A stretch of DNA of 64,000 nt, taken from the NCBI GenBank assembly GCA_947486185.1, contig CANKTH010000003.1, forward strand, positions 13,581 to 77,580, written 5' to 3'. Made by a program: the position numbers and the translations under genes. This DNA is from Deltaproteobacteria bacterium. GTDB taxonomy: Bacteria; Myxococcota_A; UBA796; SXON01. Under the pieces are notes generated by a model. The model had not been told where the DNA came from and did not search any database. It was given only the letters and a program-made list of their open reading frames with translations. Below, piece by piece: positions 38,833 through 49,400 of the stretch (its first letter is position 1; every line of letters begins with the position of its first letter).

Positions 38833-39302
38833 GCTTCGGGGATGCTCTGCTCGGGGTGCTCTTGGTGGTGGCCAACCTCACGGACCTTCGCACCCAGAAG
38901 ATAAAGAACTGGCTCACTTTTCCGGTAGCGGCCGGTGGGCTCGTCTGGGCGTCGGCCACCCCGCCGTGGCACGACGGCGTCCTCGGTTTTGGGGCGGCCG
39001 CGGCGACCGCGATCCCCGGCTGGCGTTTTGGTGGGGCGATCCGCGCCGGAGACGTCAAGATGTTGATCGCAGCGGGCACCATCCTCGGACCGGAGGCCGC
39101 GATTCGAGCGGTGTTGTTCACATACGCCCTGGGGATCCCCTACGGGCTGGTGGTGCTCGCGCTCCGAGGTCGGCTCACACGACTCGTCAGCTTCTACCAA
39201 CAGCGGGGCGCGGGGATGGAGCCGACGGTGGTGGCCTACGCGCCCGTGGTGAGCGCGGGGGTGCTGATCGCGCGGTTCACGGGCTGGATCGACCTCTGGT
39301 GA
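38820..39302 (+). CDS. A24 family prepilin peptidase (CpaA/TadV-like)
   Basis: TDLRTQKIKN (first Asp) and AGDVKM (second Asp); 160 aa, hydrophobic; C-terminal VAYAP. Confidence 0.88.
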   Translation: MVPLSFGDALLGVLLVVANLTDLRTQKIKNWLTFPVAAGGLVWASATPPWHDGVLGFGAAAATAIPGWRFGGAIRAGDVKMLIAAGTILGPEAAIRAVLFTYALGIPYGLVVLALRGRLTRLVSFYQQRGAGMEPTVVAYAPVVSAGVLIARFTGWIDLW

Positions 39303-39397
39303 GCCACCCATGAGGTGGGAGCGACTGCGGGCGATCGCGCGGCGCGACGTGCTGACCCGCATCGTCGCCTGGGGTGTCGCGGGCGGTTGGGAGCTCT

Positions 39398-40273
39398 TCA
39401 GAACGTGAACGTGGGCCCGCCGCTGAAGTGCGGCTCCACACCCTCATCCAATACAAACACGAGCCCCGCCTCTGCGCGTACGCCCACCGAGCCCCGCCAC
39501 AGCGCGACCCCACCCACGGCCATTCCGGCGGGGCCGAAGTCGTCGATCAGGGAGACTCCGCCACGTAGGGCCACAAAAGGCCGAACCATTTCGCGAAAGC
39601 TGTAACCCGCCGCGACCCCGGCCAGCGGCATCACCGAGTACCGTTCCCGGGAGCCGAGCACGCCAAAGTCGGCGCCCACCACCGGTCCGCCCAGCGTCGC
39701 GCCAGCCCAGCCAGAGAGCCCGTTACCAAAAAGCAGGCTGAAGGCATTATGTGCGCCGCCGTCGCCCTTCTGGGCTCCTTGGTCGGGGTGCGAGCGCTGG
39801 CCAACGGTGCCGGCGCCGGGGGGCGGTGAGAGCCAGGCGAGTGGCGTCCAGGCGGCCGTCGCGCCCGGAGCGGGCGCGAGCGCGGTGCTACGAAGGCTGG
39901 TGATCCGGTAGGCCCGGCCGGTCACGGTGACACACTGCTCGTCGCCGTTGATCACCACCTCCGCGCGGATGCTGATGAGGTTGTCCGCGTCGGGGAGCTG
40001 GGCCAGGGCGTTGTACTTGGCTGCCTGGTAGACGATCGGATCGCCCATCCCGGGCTCGGCGCCGCCCAGCCCGGAGGCGAGCGCGAGCTCGGCGCTCTCC
40101 TTTGTCGAGGTTCCACACGCTTTTCCGGTTACGAGGCCGAGGAGCTCGTACTGCACCTCGGTCGGGTAGACTTGATCCGGGAGGATCGGCGGGTCTGCGG
40201 GGGTGAGCCAGGCCGGGGGGGGTGCTTTAGGTGCGCAGGCCACCACCCCGGCGAGCCACAGCAGGGGGTTCAT
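39398..40273 (-). CDS. Lipoprotein with a TRL/YbjQ-like domain and a possible C-terminal beta-barrel
   Basis: Lipobox LAGVVAC; domain shared with the adjacent gene; C-terminal alternating beta-strands ending in TFTF. Alternative start at 40285. Confidence 0.6.
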   Translation of the reverse strand: MNPLLWLAGVVACAPKAPPPAWLTPADPPILPDQVYPTEVQYELLGLVTGKACGTSTKESAELALASGLGGAEPGMGDPIVYQAAKYNALAQLPDADNLISIRAEVVINGDEQCVTVTGRAYRITSLRSTALAPAPGATAAWTPLAWLSPPPGAGTVGQRSHPDQGAQKGDGGAHNAFSLLFGNGLSGWAGATLGGPVVGADFGVLGSRERYSVMPLAGVAAGYSFREMVRPFVALRGGVSLIDDFGPAGMAVGGVALWRGSVGVRAEAGLVFVLDEGVEPHFSGGPTFTF

Positions 40274-40292
40274 CCAACGAAACATTCGCGGC

Positions 40293-40808
40293 CTACTTCG
40301 GCGCGGGCGTGACTGACCCGCCGACGCTGGTTTGCGGCGCGGACGGCGTGACGGGCGCCGCGGGAGCGCTGGCTGGGGGTGGCGCGGTGGTTACCGGTGG
40401 CGCACCGACCGGTGGGGGGGCGGGCACCCCGTGGACGTCGACGCCCGCGGCCATACGACGAACCCGGTAGGCTCGGCCTGTGACGGTGACGCATTGGTCG
40501 TAGCCGTCGTTCTCCGACATGACCCGGACATACATCAGGTTGTCGGCGCTCGGCATGGTCTCGAGCGCTTTGTACCGGGCGGCTTCGTAGATGCCGGGCA
40601 ACAGGCCGACCACGCTGCCGCGGCCCGTCAACAGGTAATCCTGGATGTTGCCGCAAGCCTTTCCGGTCACGGCGCCGAGGATCTCGTACTCCACGTTGAG
40701 CGGGGGCAGGTCTTGCGGCGTGGGGTCCACCGAGGTCGGGGTACGATAAACCGTGGTCAGGGTAGGCATGCAGCCAACCAGGAGCATGAGGAGGGGGAGC
40801 GTCTTCAT
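40293..40808 (-). CDS. Lipoprotein, paralogue of the adjacent gene
   Basis: MKTLPLLMLLVGC lipobox; YEILGAVTGKAC...YEAARYKAL...ADNL...QCVTVTGRAYR; Pro-rich tail. Confidence 0.7.
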   Translation of the reverse strand: MKTLPLLMLLVGCMPTLTTVYRTPTSVDPTPQDLPPLNVEYEILGAVTGKACGNIQDYLLTGRGSVVGLLPGIYEAARYKALETMPSADNLMYVRVMSENDGYDQCVTVTGRAYRVRRMAAGVDVHGVPAPPPVGAPPVTTAPPPASAPAAPVTPSAPQTSVGGSVTPAPK

Positions 40809-40990
40809 CACGTACCTCTGCGGTGTCAGGATCGGGAGCGCCGCCCATCGCGGGCCCGGGTGAGCAATATAGGGCGGCATGTCAGAACAGGAGAGGTCAC
40901 GCGTACGCGCCGGGTCGATCGGCCCGTTGCCAACGCACCTATCGGCGGCACTGCAGTTTATTTCCAGCGTGGACCTTTGACGCGAGTGCT

Positions 40991-43900
40991 TCACACGCGT
41001 GGCGCGCGGCGCCGGCGCCGAGCCAGGAGCAACAGCCCCGCCAGCGGTGCCAGACTCTCCGCGCCCGACTCCGAACAACCACAGCTCTCCCCCGCCACCT
41101 TGATCTCCCCGCGGTCCTCTTCTTCTGCTTCGCAGCTCAAGGACTCGTCCACGTTCCCGTCACAGTTGTCGTCTTCACCGTTACAGGTCTCAGACGCGCC
41201 CGGGAAAGAAGAGACCGCGTCGTCGTCGCAGTCCGCCGCAGAGATAGCCTCGCCCGCGTCGTCACAGTCCAGGTTGCCGCTCTCGGTGAGGGCTTCGCTG
41301 CCGAAACCGTCGCCGTCCGTATCCGCGAAGCACGTCTCATAGCCGTCACAGTCCTGGTCGGTGCCGTCGGCGGTAATCTCTGGCGCTGACGGGGAGACCG
41401 TCGCCCGGCCGTCGTCACAGTCGTCGGCGACGGGTGCTACGCCCGGGTCGTCACAGTCGAGGCGGGTGCTCGTCACCGCGGTCGCGCCGCCGTGGCCGTC
41501 GCCGTCGGCGTCCTCGAGACACTGCTCCCGTCCGTCACAGTTGCCGTCGAGGCCGTCGGCGGTCACCTCGGCTGCGGCCGGTGACACATCGGGGCGTGTA
41601 TCGTCACAGTCGCCACCCGCCGGGGACACTCCTGCGTCCAGACACAGGAGGTTCTCCAGGTTCAGGGTGGATTCGCCGCCGTAGCCGTCGCCGTCCTGGT
41701 CGAGGTAGCAGGCCTCGGTGCCGTCGCAGTCCTGATCGAGGCCGTCGGCTGCCCCCTCCGCGGCGACCGGTGATACGTCGGAGCGTGTATCGTCACAATC
41801 GGTGTTCACCGCCGAGACTCCCGGTGTATCGCAGTCTATGCTCGCGCTCACCCGCTCCGTAGTGCCGCCGTAGCCATCGCCGTCAGCGTCGTCAAAACAA
41901 TGCTCCAAGCCGTCACAGTCGGCGTCCACCTCGTCGGCAGGCGCCTCGGTCGCGCCGGGTGATACATCGCTCCGTGTATCATCACAGTCTCCGCTCACCC
42001 CCGACACACCGGCCTCGTGACAGCCGAGATCGCTGCTCTGTCGCTCGGTGAGGCTACCGTAGCCGTCGGCGTCGGTGTCCTCAAAACAGCGCTCCTGTCC
42101 GTCACAGTCGCTGTCCAAGCCGTCGGCGCCGAGCTCGGTCGCGCCGGGCCAACGTGTGGGGTCGGCGTCGTCACAGTCGTCCCCCGCGGCCGACACACCG
42201 ACGCTGTCGCAGGCGAGCGCGCCGGAGCTCACGAGGGTCGTACTGCCGGCGCCGTCGAGGTCCCCGTCCTGATGACAGAGCTCCAACCCGTCACAGTCTT
42301 CGTCGATGCCGTCGGCGGCGAGCTCGCTGAGCCCGGGCGCCACGCGCGCGTCGCCGTCGTCACAGTCGCCGGTGGTCCCGCTCTCGGCGATGCCCGAGCA
42401 GTCCAGGGTGGCTGAACCGACCAGCGAGGTGCCGCCGACGCCGTCGTCGTCGCTGTCGGCGTAGCAGGACTCGACGCCGTTACAGTCGGCATCGACCCCA
42501 TCCGCAGGAAGCTCCTCGGCCGTCGGGTGTATCGCGGGATCGAGGTCATTACAGTCGTCTGAGCTGGGGGCGACCCCGGTGGCGACACAGTCCAGCGCCC
42601 GTTCATCCACCGCGGTCCCGCCGGCCCACCCGTCCAGATCGGCGTCCAACCAGCAGGACTCGAGGAGGTCACAGTTCTGGTCCACGCCGTCGGCGGTGAG
42701 CTCCACCGCGTCGGGTGAGACGTTGGCGTCCGCGTCATCACAGTCACCCGCCGTCGCGATGAGGCCGGTCGGCGCGGCGCAGGCCTCTTCCAAGCTCGCC
42801 GAATCGCCCCAGCTATCGCTGTCGAGGTCGGCGTACCAGGCGCTCAACACCCCATCATCCACCGCGCCGTCACAGTCCTGGTCCAACCCGTCACACACCT
42901 CGGCCGCCCCGGGATGGATGCTCGGATCGGCGTCGTCGCAGTCGGGCGTGCTGCCGCCCACATAGGAGCCGTCACCGTCATCGTCGATGCTGCCGTCCGT
43001 CCCGTAGAACAGGTAGGCTTTACCCGCTCGCGCGTTGGCTTGCGAGTGGCCTACCGAGACATCCATGAAGCCGTCCCCGTTGATGTCACCGACTCCCGCG
43101 ACCGCCGCCCCGTACTGCTCGTAGGCGGTCGCGCCGCCCGCGAAGGTGTCGGCGTCCGCCTGGACCAATCCGGCGCTCGACCCGGGGATGACCTGGGCGT
43201 TTCCCGCCGAATAGGTAGTGCCACCAGCATAAGGCGAGCCGACGATGACATCATCGAACCCGTCGTTGTTGGTGTCGCCCGCCGCGTCGATGGACCAACC
43301 GAACTTGTCCCCGTAACCACCGCCGTAGAGCGTAGCGCTCGCGGTGGTCGGCGGTCCTGAAGCGCCACCATGATAGACGTAGATCGCCCCAGAGTCGTAA
43401 TAGGGCAGGTCGAGTGACACGGCGGCGACCGCCATGTCGTCGAAGCCGTCGCCGTTGACGTCGCCCAGACCGGAGACGGTACGGCCATAAAACACGTCGT
43501 ACTGTGGGCCAGTCAGCGAGAGACCGGCCGTGGTTCCGAGCCCAGAGGAGGAGCCGTAGTAGATGTCGGCGCCTCCGTAGTAGCTCGCAGACTCGTAGTC
43601 GCTGGTTCCGAAGTCGTCGTAGCCGTCCCCGTTGAGATCGCCCACGTTGTCCGAGTCGTAGCCGATAGCGCGGGAGCCTGTCACCTGTACCCGATCGAGG
43701 GTGGAGAGCCCGGCCGAGCTGCCATAATAGACGTCGAACCCGCCGTTGTAGGAGCGATAGAGGCTTGTCGCTACAAGGTCGTCGTAGCCGTCGTCGTCCC
43801 AGTCGCCGACTGACAGGGAAAACCCCAACTGTTCTTGGGCCTCGGTGCCGGCGAACACGACGATGGCCGACGATGACAGCCCGGAGGCCGCGCCCATGTA

Positions 43901-44758
43901 GACATAGACGCTCCCATTGTTGTAGCCGGGTTCGGAGACGACTACATCGTCGTAACCGTCGTTGTTGAAGTCTCCGCTCTCGATGTCGTAGCCGTACTGG
44001 TTGTTGGTCGTAGTATAGGTGGGGTAGAGGGTGTTGGCCGGAGTGATCCCGACACCGGAGGCCGATCCAAGGTACACGTAGGCGGCGCCCGCGGTGGACA
44101 AGATGTTGGCGGTCACCAGCCAGTCGTCGTAACCGTCGCCGTTGACGTCCCCGCCGGCGATAGCGTGGCCGAGCTCGGCGGCGACGTAGCTCGTCAATGT
44201 CGCGGCGGCGCTGGTCACGACGGGGTCCACTTGAATCGGCCAGCGCGCCCCCCTGTCGTCCACCACGAGCCTGAGCCGCTCGCCTTCGCCTTCGATATGC
44301 GCTGCGAGTGGCAGTCCGTGGGCGTCGGTCGCTCGGATGCCGGTGTAGGTCCAACGCCCGCCATCCGCGGCCAGCAGATCGGCCCCGCCCCCGTCGGGCC
44401 ACACGTACACTTCGGCGCCCGGCGCTTCCACCTCCACGATCAGCGGCCCGGCGCCCGCCGGCGCCTGGTCGAGGTTCCAACCCTGTCCGAGCCCCGCGCC
44501 CGCCGGGTACCAGAACTCACCGGCGTGGTCGGTGACCGCCGGCAGCTCGGCGACCAGTCGCGGGCTCGAGGGAAGGGCTTTCAGGTGTTTTCTGCCGAAA
44601 CCGACGGTCTCCAAGCTGAGTTGGCTCACCGGGTCGCGAAACTCCACGGTGTACCCGTCGAGCTGAACCTCGGTTTGGAACTCGGGTAGTCGCGTCTGCC
44701 ACGAAGCGGAATCGGGGGCGACGCAGGACGAGAGCACAAGGAGGAGCAGGAGACGCAT
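40991..44758 (-). CDS. Surface protein: 7 FG-GAP repeats + 10 Cys/Asp (MopE-like) repeats + MYXO-CTERM-like tail
   Basis: Seven GDxxxDG(Y/F)xD loops; ten DC(D/N)D...P...E...D..CxG/L units; C-terminus CGCSESGAESLAPLAGLLLLARRRRR; N-terminal signal LLLLLVLSSC. Confidence 0.85.
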   Translation of the reverse strand: MRLLLLLVLSSCVAPDSASWQTRLPEFQTEVQLDGYTVEFRDPVSQLSLETVGFGRKHLKALPSSPRLVAELPAVTDHAGEFWYPAGAGLGQGWNLDQAPAGAGPLIVEVEAPGAEVYVWPDGGGADLLAADGGRWTYTGIRATDAHGLPLAAHIEGEGERLRLVVDDRGARWPIQVDPVVTSAAATLTSYVAAELGHAIAGGDVNGDGYDDWLVTANILSTAGAAYVYLGSASGVGITPANTLYPTYTTTNNQYGYDIESGDFNNDGYDDVVVSEPGYNNGSVYVYMGAASGLSSSAIVVFAGTEAQEQLGFSLSVGDWDDDGYDDLVATSLYRSYNGGFDVYYGSSAGLSTLDRVQVTGSRAIGYDSDNVGDLNGDGYDDFGTSDYESASYYGGADIYYGSSSGLGTTAGLSLTGPQYDVFYGRTVSGLGDVNGDGFDDMAVAAVSLDLPYYDSGAIYVYHGGASGPPTTASATLYGGGYGDKFGWSIDAAGDTNNDGFDDVIVGSPYAGGTTYSAGNAQVIPGSSAGLVQADADTFAGGATAYEQYGAAVAGVGDINGDGFMDVSVGHSQANARAGKAYLFYGTDGSIDDDGDGSYVGGSTPDCDDADPSIHPGAAEVCDGLDQDCDGAVDDGVLSAWYADLDSDSWGDSASLEEACAAPTGLIATAGDCDDADANVSPDAVELTADGVDQNCDLLESCWLDADLDGWAGGTAVDERALDCVATGVAPSSDDCNDLDPAIHPTAEELPADGVDADCNGVESCYADSDDDGVGGTSLVGSATLDCSGIAESGTTGDCDDGDARVAPGLSELAADGIDEDCDGLELCHQDGDLDGAGSTTLVSSGALACDSVGVSAAGDDCDDADPTRWPGATELGADGLDSDCDGQERCFEDTDADGYGSLTERQSSDLGCHEAGVSGVSGDCDDTRSDVSPGATEAPADEVDADCDGLEHCFDDADGDGYGGTTERVSASIDCDTPGVSAVNTDCDDTRSDVSPVAAEGAADGLDQDCDGTEACYLDQDGDGYGGESTLNLENLLCLDAGVSPAGGDCDDTRPDVSPAAAEVTADGLDGNCDGREQCLEDADGDGHGGATAVTSTRLDCDDPGVAPVADDCDDGRATVSPSAPEITADGTDQDCDGYETCFADTDGDGFGSEALTESGNLDCDDAGEAISAADCDDDAVSSFPGASETCNGEDDNCDGNVDESLSCEAEEEDRGEIKVAGESCGCSESGAESLAPLAGLLLLARRRRRAPRV

Positions 44759-44816
44759 AGGGCAGAGTGAGCCGGTTGGCGGGATGGGTCAAGCGGCGTG
44801 ATGGCCGGGCCCCGCC

Positions 44817-46286
44817 TCAGAAGATCTTGATCGGCTCCTGTTTGAGGCCGAGATAGTCTTGGGGGTTGGTGCGGGTGGTCTCCAACCACCGGCGAACCGC
44901 CTGCTCCATCTCGTAGGTGGCGCGCGGGTCGGCCGAGCTTCCGTCCCGGGCTTCTTCCGGATCGGAGGCGAGATCGTAGAGCCTACGCCCGCCGTCGGAG
45001 AGGTCGAGCACCAGCTTCTTCTTGCCCTGGCGGATCGAGCGCAGGTGTACGAACAGGCGGTAGTCGCTCTCGGCGTACATCGGAAGATCCAGCTTCTCCC
45101 CACGTAGGATCGGCATCAGGCTCTGGCCGTCCACCCCGGAAGGCCCGGTGAGCCCCAAGGCGTCGAACAGGGTCGGAAAGAGATCGAAGAGTCGCACGGG
45201 GGTCTTGATGTCATTTCGACGGGTAAAGCCTGGAAAACGAATACCCATGACCACGTGGAGCTGATGTTGACAGAGCGTGGGCCCGTGATCGACGTATCCG
45301 TGCTCCATGAATTCATCGCCGTGATCCGAGACAATGGCGATGACCGAGCGATCGTAGATCCCCATCGCTTTGAGTTGGGTGAGGAAGGCGCCTACACGTT
45401 CGTCGGCCTGTTTGACCTTCAGGTCGTAGACCTTCTTGAGGAAGGCCGCGTCATCCGCGGACACCTTTCCCGAAAGATCGGCGGTGTCACCGGGGTTCTT
45501 GATGGACGCCAGCCCCTCTTCTCGGAGCCGGGCCTGCTCCTCGATCGAGCCGTCGAGGTTGCCGTGGTAGTCGGTGATGACGTCCCGCGGGCGGAGCCCG
45601 GTGAGGTCGTGCTGGCCGTGGGCGTCGTAGCCGTGAAGGAAGAGGAAGAACCGTTTGGAGCTGTTGGCCTTGAGCCACTCCAATGCGGGCGGCGCGCTGT
45701 AGTCAAAGCCGGCGAAAGGTTTGTCGTCGAGCCATGTTTCAAAACCCCGGCCGAAGCCGTACATCGCCTGGACGCCGGCGCCACCGGTGAAACCGGCGGA
45801 GGTAAAGCCGGCGCGGACCAGGTGATCGGGGAAGGTCTCGATGCCGGGGGACAGCGTGGTCGGCACCATCTGGTCTTGGGACAGGAGCTTGAGTTTGTTG
45901 GTGACCCCGTGGATGGAGGGCCAGCGCGCGGTCCAGATCGACATGTGGGAGGGCAGGGTCCAGGACGCGACGGCGGCGGCATCGTGGAAGACCGCAGCTT
46001 CTTCCATGAACGCGTCGAGGTTGGGCGTGAGCCCGTCGGGGTTGCCGCCAAAACCGCTTCGGTCGTACCGGAGGGCGTCCATCGAGATGACGATCAGGTT
46101 GAGCTTCTCTTTTTGGTCGCCGAGCTCGTAGGTCGCGCGGGCCTGAGTCGTGTCTTCGAGGAGCGGCGCGATGGCCTCGCTGACGCCGGCCGGACGTGTG
46201 TCGGCGGGCGTTTTAAGGAGGAGGAAGGCGACGACCGCGAGATTGGCCGCGACGACGAGGACCGCGATGAGCCGCAGGTTTTTCAT
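44817..46286 (-). CDS. Sulfatase-like alkaline-phosphatase-superfamily enzyme (Thr-type), N-terminal anchor
   Basis: ISMDALRYD, TPNLD, SWTLPSH.SIWT, FLHGYDAH, SDHGDEF..HG..DHG, LYDL..DPEE. Confidence 0.85.
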   Translation of the reverse strand: MKNLRLIAVLVVAANLAVVAFLLLKTPADTRPAGVSEAIAPLLEDTTQARATYELGDQKEKLNLIVISMDALRYDRSGFGGNPDGLTPNLDAFMEEAAVFHDAAAVASWTLPSHMSIWTARWPSIHGVTNKLKLLSQDQMVPTTLSPGIETFPDHLVRAGFTSAGFTGGAGVQAMYGFGRGFETWLDDKPFAGFDYSAPPALEWLKANSSKRFFLFLHGYDAHGQHDLTGLRPRDVITDYHGNLDGSIEEQARLREEGLASIKNPGDTADLSGKVSADDAAFLKKVYDLKVKQADERVGAFLTQLKAMGIYDRSVIAIVSDHGDEFMEHGYVDHGPTLCQHQLHVVMGIRFPGFTRRNDIKTPVRLFDLFPTLFDALGLTGPSGVDGQSLMPILRGEKLDLPMYAESDYRLFVHLRSIRQGKKKLVLDLSDGGRRLYDLASDPEEARDGSSADPRATYEMEQAVRRWLETTRTNPQDYLGLKQEPIKIF

Positions 46287-46449
46287 ACCCGGGCTCTAAC
46301 CGGTTGCTCACGAGGGGAGGCGCGCGTGCGGGGGGCGGGCGAGTCGCCCAAATACGCGGATCCGGTCCCGGCTGCCCCGTCACCGGGATCGCGTCTTCGG
46401 ACCCCCCACTTCGCGGTGATCTGGTACGATAGCGTGCCTCGGAGGCACC

Positions 46450-49400
46450 ATGAACCTCTCCCCTCGCGTTTTCTTCGTGTCGCTCTCCGCCTTGCTCCTC
46501 GGATGTGAGCCGGGCCCCGGCGGCGGCGGCAAGACCGGACCGACGGCGCTCACCACCGACCCGTCCAAGCTCGATGAAGACGACGACGGCGTGAGCGCCG
46601 CGGAGGACTGTGACGACCAGGACGCGTCCATCTACCCCGGCGCCGAGGAGCTCTGCGATAGCCTCGACAACAACTGTGACGGGGCCGCGGACGAGGGGCT
46701 CGCGACCGCATGGTACCCCGACGCCGACACCGACGGGTACGGTGACGAAGGCGCGATGATCGAGCAGTGTGAGCCGGTGGACGGCGCCGTCTCGACGGGG
46801 GCTGACTGTGACGACGCCGACGCCGGGGTGAACCCCGATGCCGTGGAGCAGTGTGATAGCCTCGACAACGACTGTGATGGCCTCACCGACGACGACGACG
46901 ACGAGGTCAGCGGTGCCGTCACCTGGTACATCGATGGCGATGGTGACGGCTACGGCCAAGCCGACGGATCGGTCACCGCCTGCGACGCCCCGGCGGGCGG
47001 TGTCGCCGAAGCGGGGGACTGCGACGACTCCGCCGCCCAGGTGTACCCCGGCGCCGAAGAGAGCGATTGCGCCGACCCGATCGACTACAATTGTGACGGT
47101 TCGGTCGGCTTTAGCGATAACGACGGGGACGGCTGGGCCGCGTGTGAAGACTGTGATGACGGCTCGGTCTACGTGAGCCCGTCGGCGACCGAGACGTGTG
47201 ATGGGCTCGACAACGACTGTGACGGCTTGGTGGACAGCGATGACGACACCGTACTTGGCGTAAGAAGCTGGTATCTGGACAGCGACGGAGATGGTTACGG
47301 GGACTCGGCGGCGGAGATGATCGGATGCGAGGCAGACCCGGGCTACGTCGAGGCGGGCGGCGACTGTGATGACGCGGACGTGGCCTTCAACCCCGGCGTG
47401 GTCGAGGCGGACTGCGCGGATCCCAACGACTACAACTGCGACGGTTCAACCGGCTACGACGACGCGGATGGCGACAACGCCCCAGCGTGTGAGGACTGCA
47501 ACGACAACGACGCTCTGGTGAACGCCGACGCGGTGGAGCTCTGCGACGGGATCGACAACAACTGCGACGGCGAGCTCGATGAGGCCACCGCGGGGGACGC
47601 CGGCACCTGGTACCTCGATCAAGACGGGGACGGTTTCGGCGACGCGTCCACCGGCGTGGTCTCCTGTGAAGCGCCTACCGGCCATGTCGGGTCCGAGGCC
47701 GACTGTGATGACGCCGACGCCGGGATCTCGCCCGACGCGCTCGAGGTCTGCGACGACCTCGACAACGACTGTGACGACGAGACCGATGAAGACAGCGCGA
47801 TCGACGCCGCTATCTGGTACGACGACGTCGACGGGGACGGCTTCGGTGATCCCGCTGCCGCGGCCGCCGCCTGTGAGGCCCCCCCCGGCTCGGTAGCGGA
47901 CATGAGCGACTGTGACGACGTCGACGGCGCGGTCTCCCCCGACGCGGAGGAGCTCTGCGACGGGATCGACAACAACTGCGACGGGGTGAGCGACGAAGAC
48001 AGCTCGGTAGACGCCGGGATCTGGTACGTCGACGGCGACGGAGACGGTTTTGGGGACCCGGGGACCGCGGCGTACGCGTGTAGCGCGCCCCCCGGCAGCC
48101 TCGCTGATCCGAATGACTGCGATGACACCGACGCCGCGGTGAATCCCGACGCGGTTGAGCTCTGCGACGGCATCGACAACAACTGTCAGGATGGGTCCGA
48201 CGAAGACACAGCGGTTGACGCTTCGGTCTGGTACCAGGACGTCGACGGGGACGGTTTTGGCGACGCCAACGTCATGACCGTGAGCTGTGTGTCGCCCGCC
48301 GGCTTCGTGGCGGACAGCAGCGACTGTGATGACGACGTGGGGGCGATCAACCCCGTCGCCACGGAGATCTGTGATGGTATCGACAACGACTGCGACCTCG
48401 GAATCGACGACAGCGACGACAGCGTCGATCTCGGCACCGCTACGGACTGGTATGCCGACATCGACGGTGACGGCTTCGGCGACGCCGACGACGCGGTGTT
48501 GACCTGTGACGCGCCTCTTGGCTCGGTCGCGGACGATCAGGACTGTGATGACACCGACCGCGCGGTCCACCCTGACGCCCTCGAGATCTGTGACACCATC
48601 GACAACGACTGTGACCGCGCCATCGACGACGCGGACGGCAGCACGGACCTCAGCACGGGCACCACCTGGTACGCCGACCGCGATGGCGACAGCTTTGGCG
48701 ATGCGGATGATGCGGTGCAGACCTGCGCCGCGCCGACAGGCTACCTAGGTGACGCTACCGACTGTGATGACACAGCGCCGGCGGTCCACCCGGATGCGAC
48801 CGAGGTGTGTGACGGCATCGACAACGACTGCGACGGCCTGATCGACGACGCCGATGACAGCACCGACCTCGGCACGGGTACCGCCTGGTACGGCGACGGC
48901 GACGGCGACGGCTTCGGCGACGCCGACGTCAGCGTGCTCCTCTGCCTGTCTCCCGCGGACCACGTCGCGGACAGCACCGATTGTGACGACACAGACGACG
49001 GAATCTTCCCCGACGCGGCCGAGAGCTGGTACGACGGCATCGACAGCAACTGCGACGGCGACGACTATCCGGACGCGTGCGACGGCGTACCCGGCACAGG
49101 CGTGGTCTCGGGTACGTGCACGACCGGTCTCACGGACCCCGCGGACTGGGAGATCGTGGTCGAGTGGACCAACGACTCCGACAACGGCCACGTCTATGCC
49201 GCGGGGCCGACCTATACCGATATCATGGCCGCCCCTGCGGTCGGCCAGCTCACCGACGACAACGGCGATGGGGTCATCAACGAGCTCGACATGCCCGACA
49301 TCGCCTACACCACCTTCGCGGGCGGGGCCTACTCGAGCGCCGGCTACTTGCGTGTGGTGGCGGGCGACGGCAGCGGCACAGTGCTGAGCGTCTACACCGT

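Noticed and set aside
37473-39362. 629-aa minus-strand ORF
   Set aside because: Overlaps three better-supported plus-strand genes; Arg-rich shadow translation.
46420-46440. Possible sigma54 promoter (TGGTAC...TGC) before the large lipoprotein
   Set aside because: GG-to-GC spacing is 11 nt rather than the required 10.
41130-49060. Regularly recurring gactgtgacgac-like DNA motifs that could suggest a CRISPR array
   Set aside because: They are degenerate codons for DCDD protein repeats inside two ORFs; no identical repeat-spacer structure and no cas genes.
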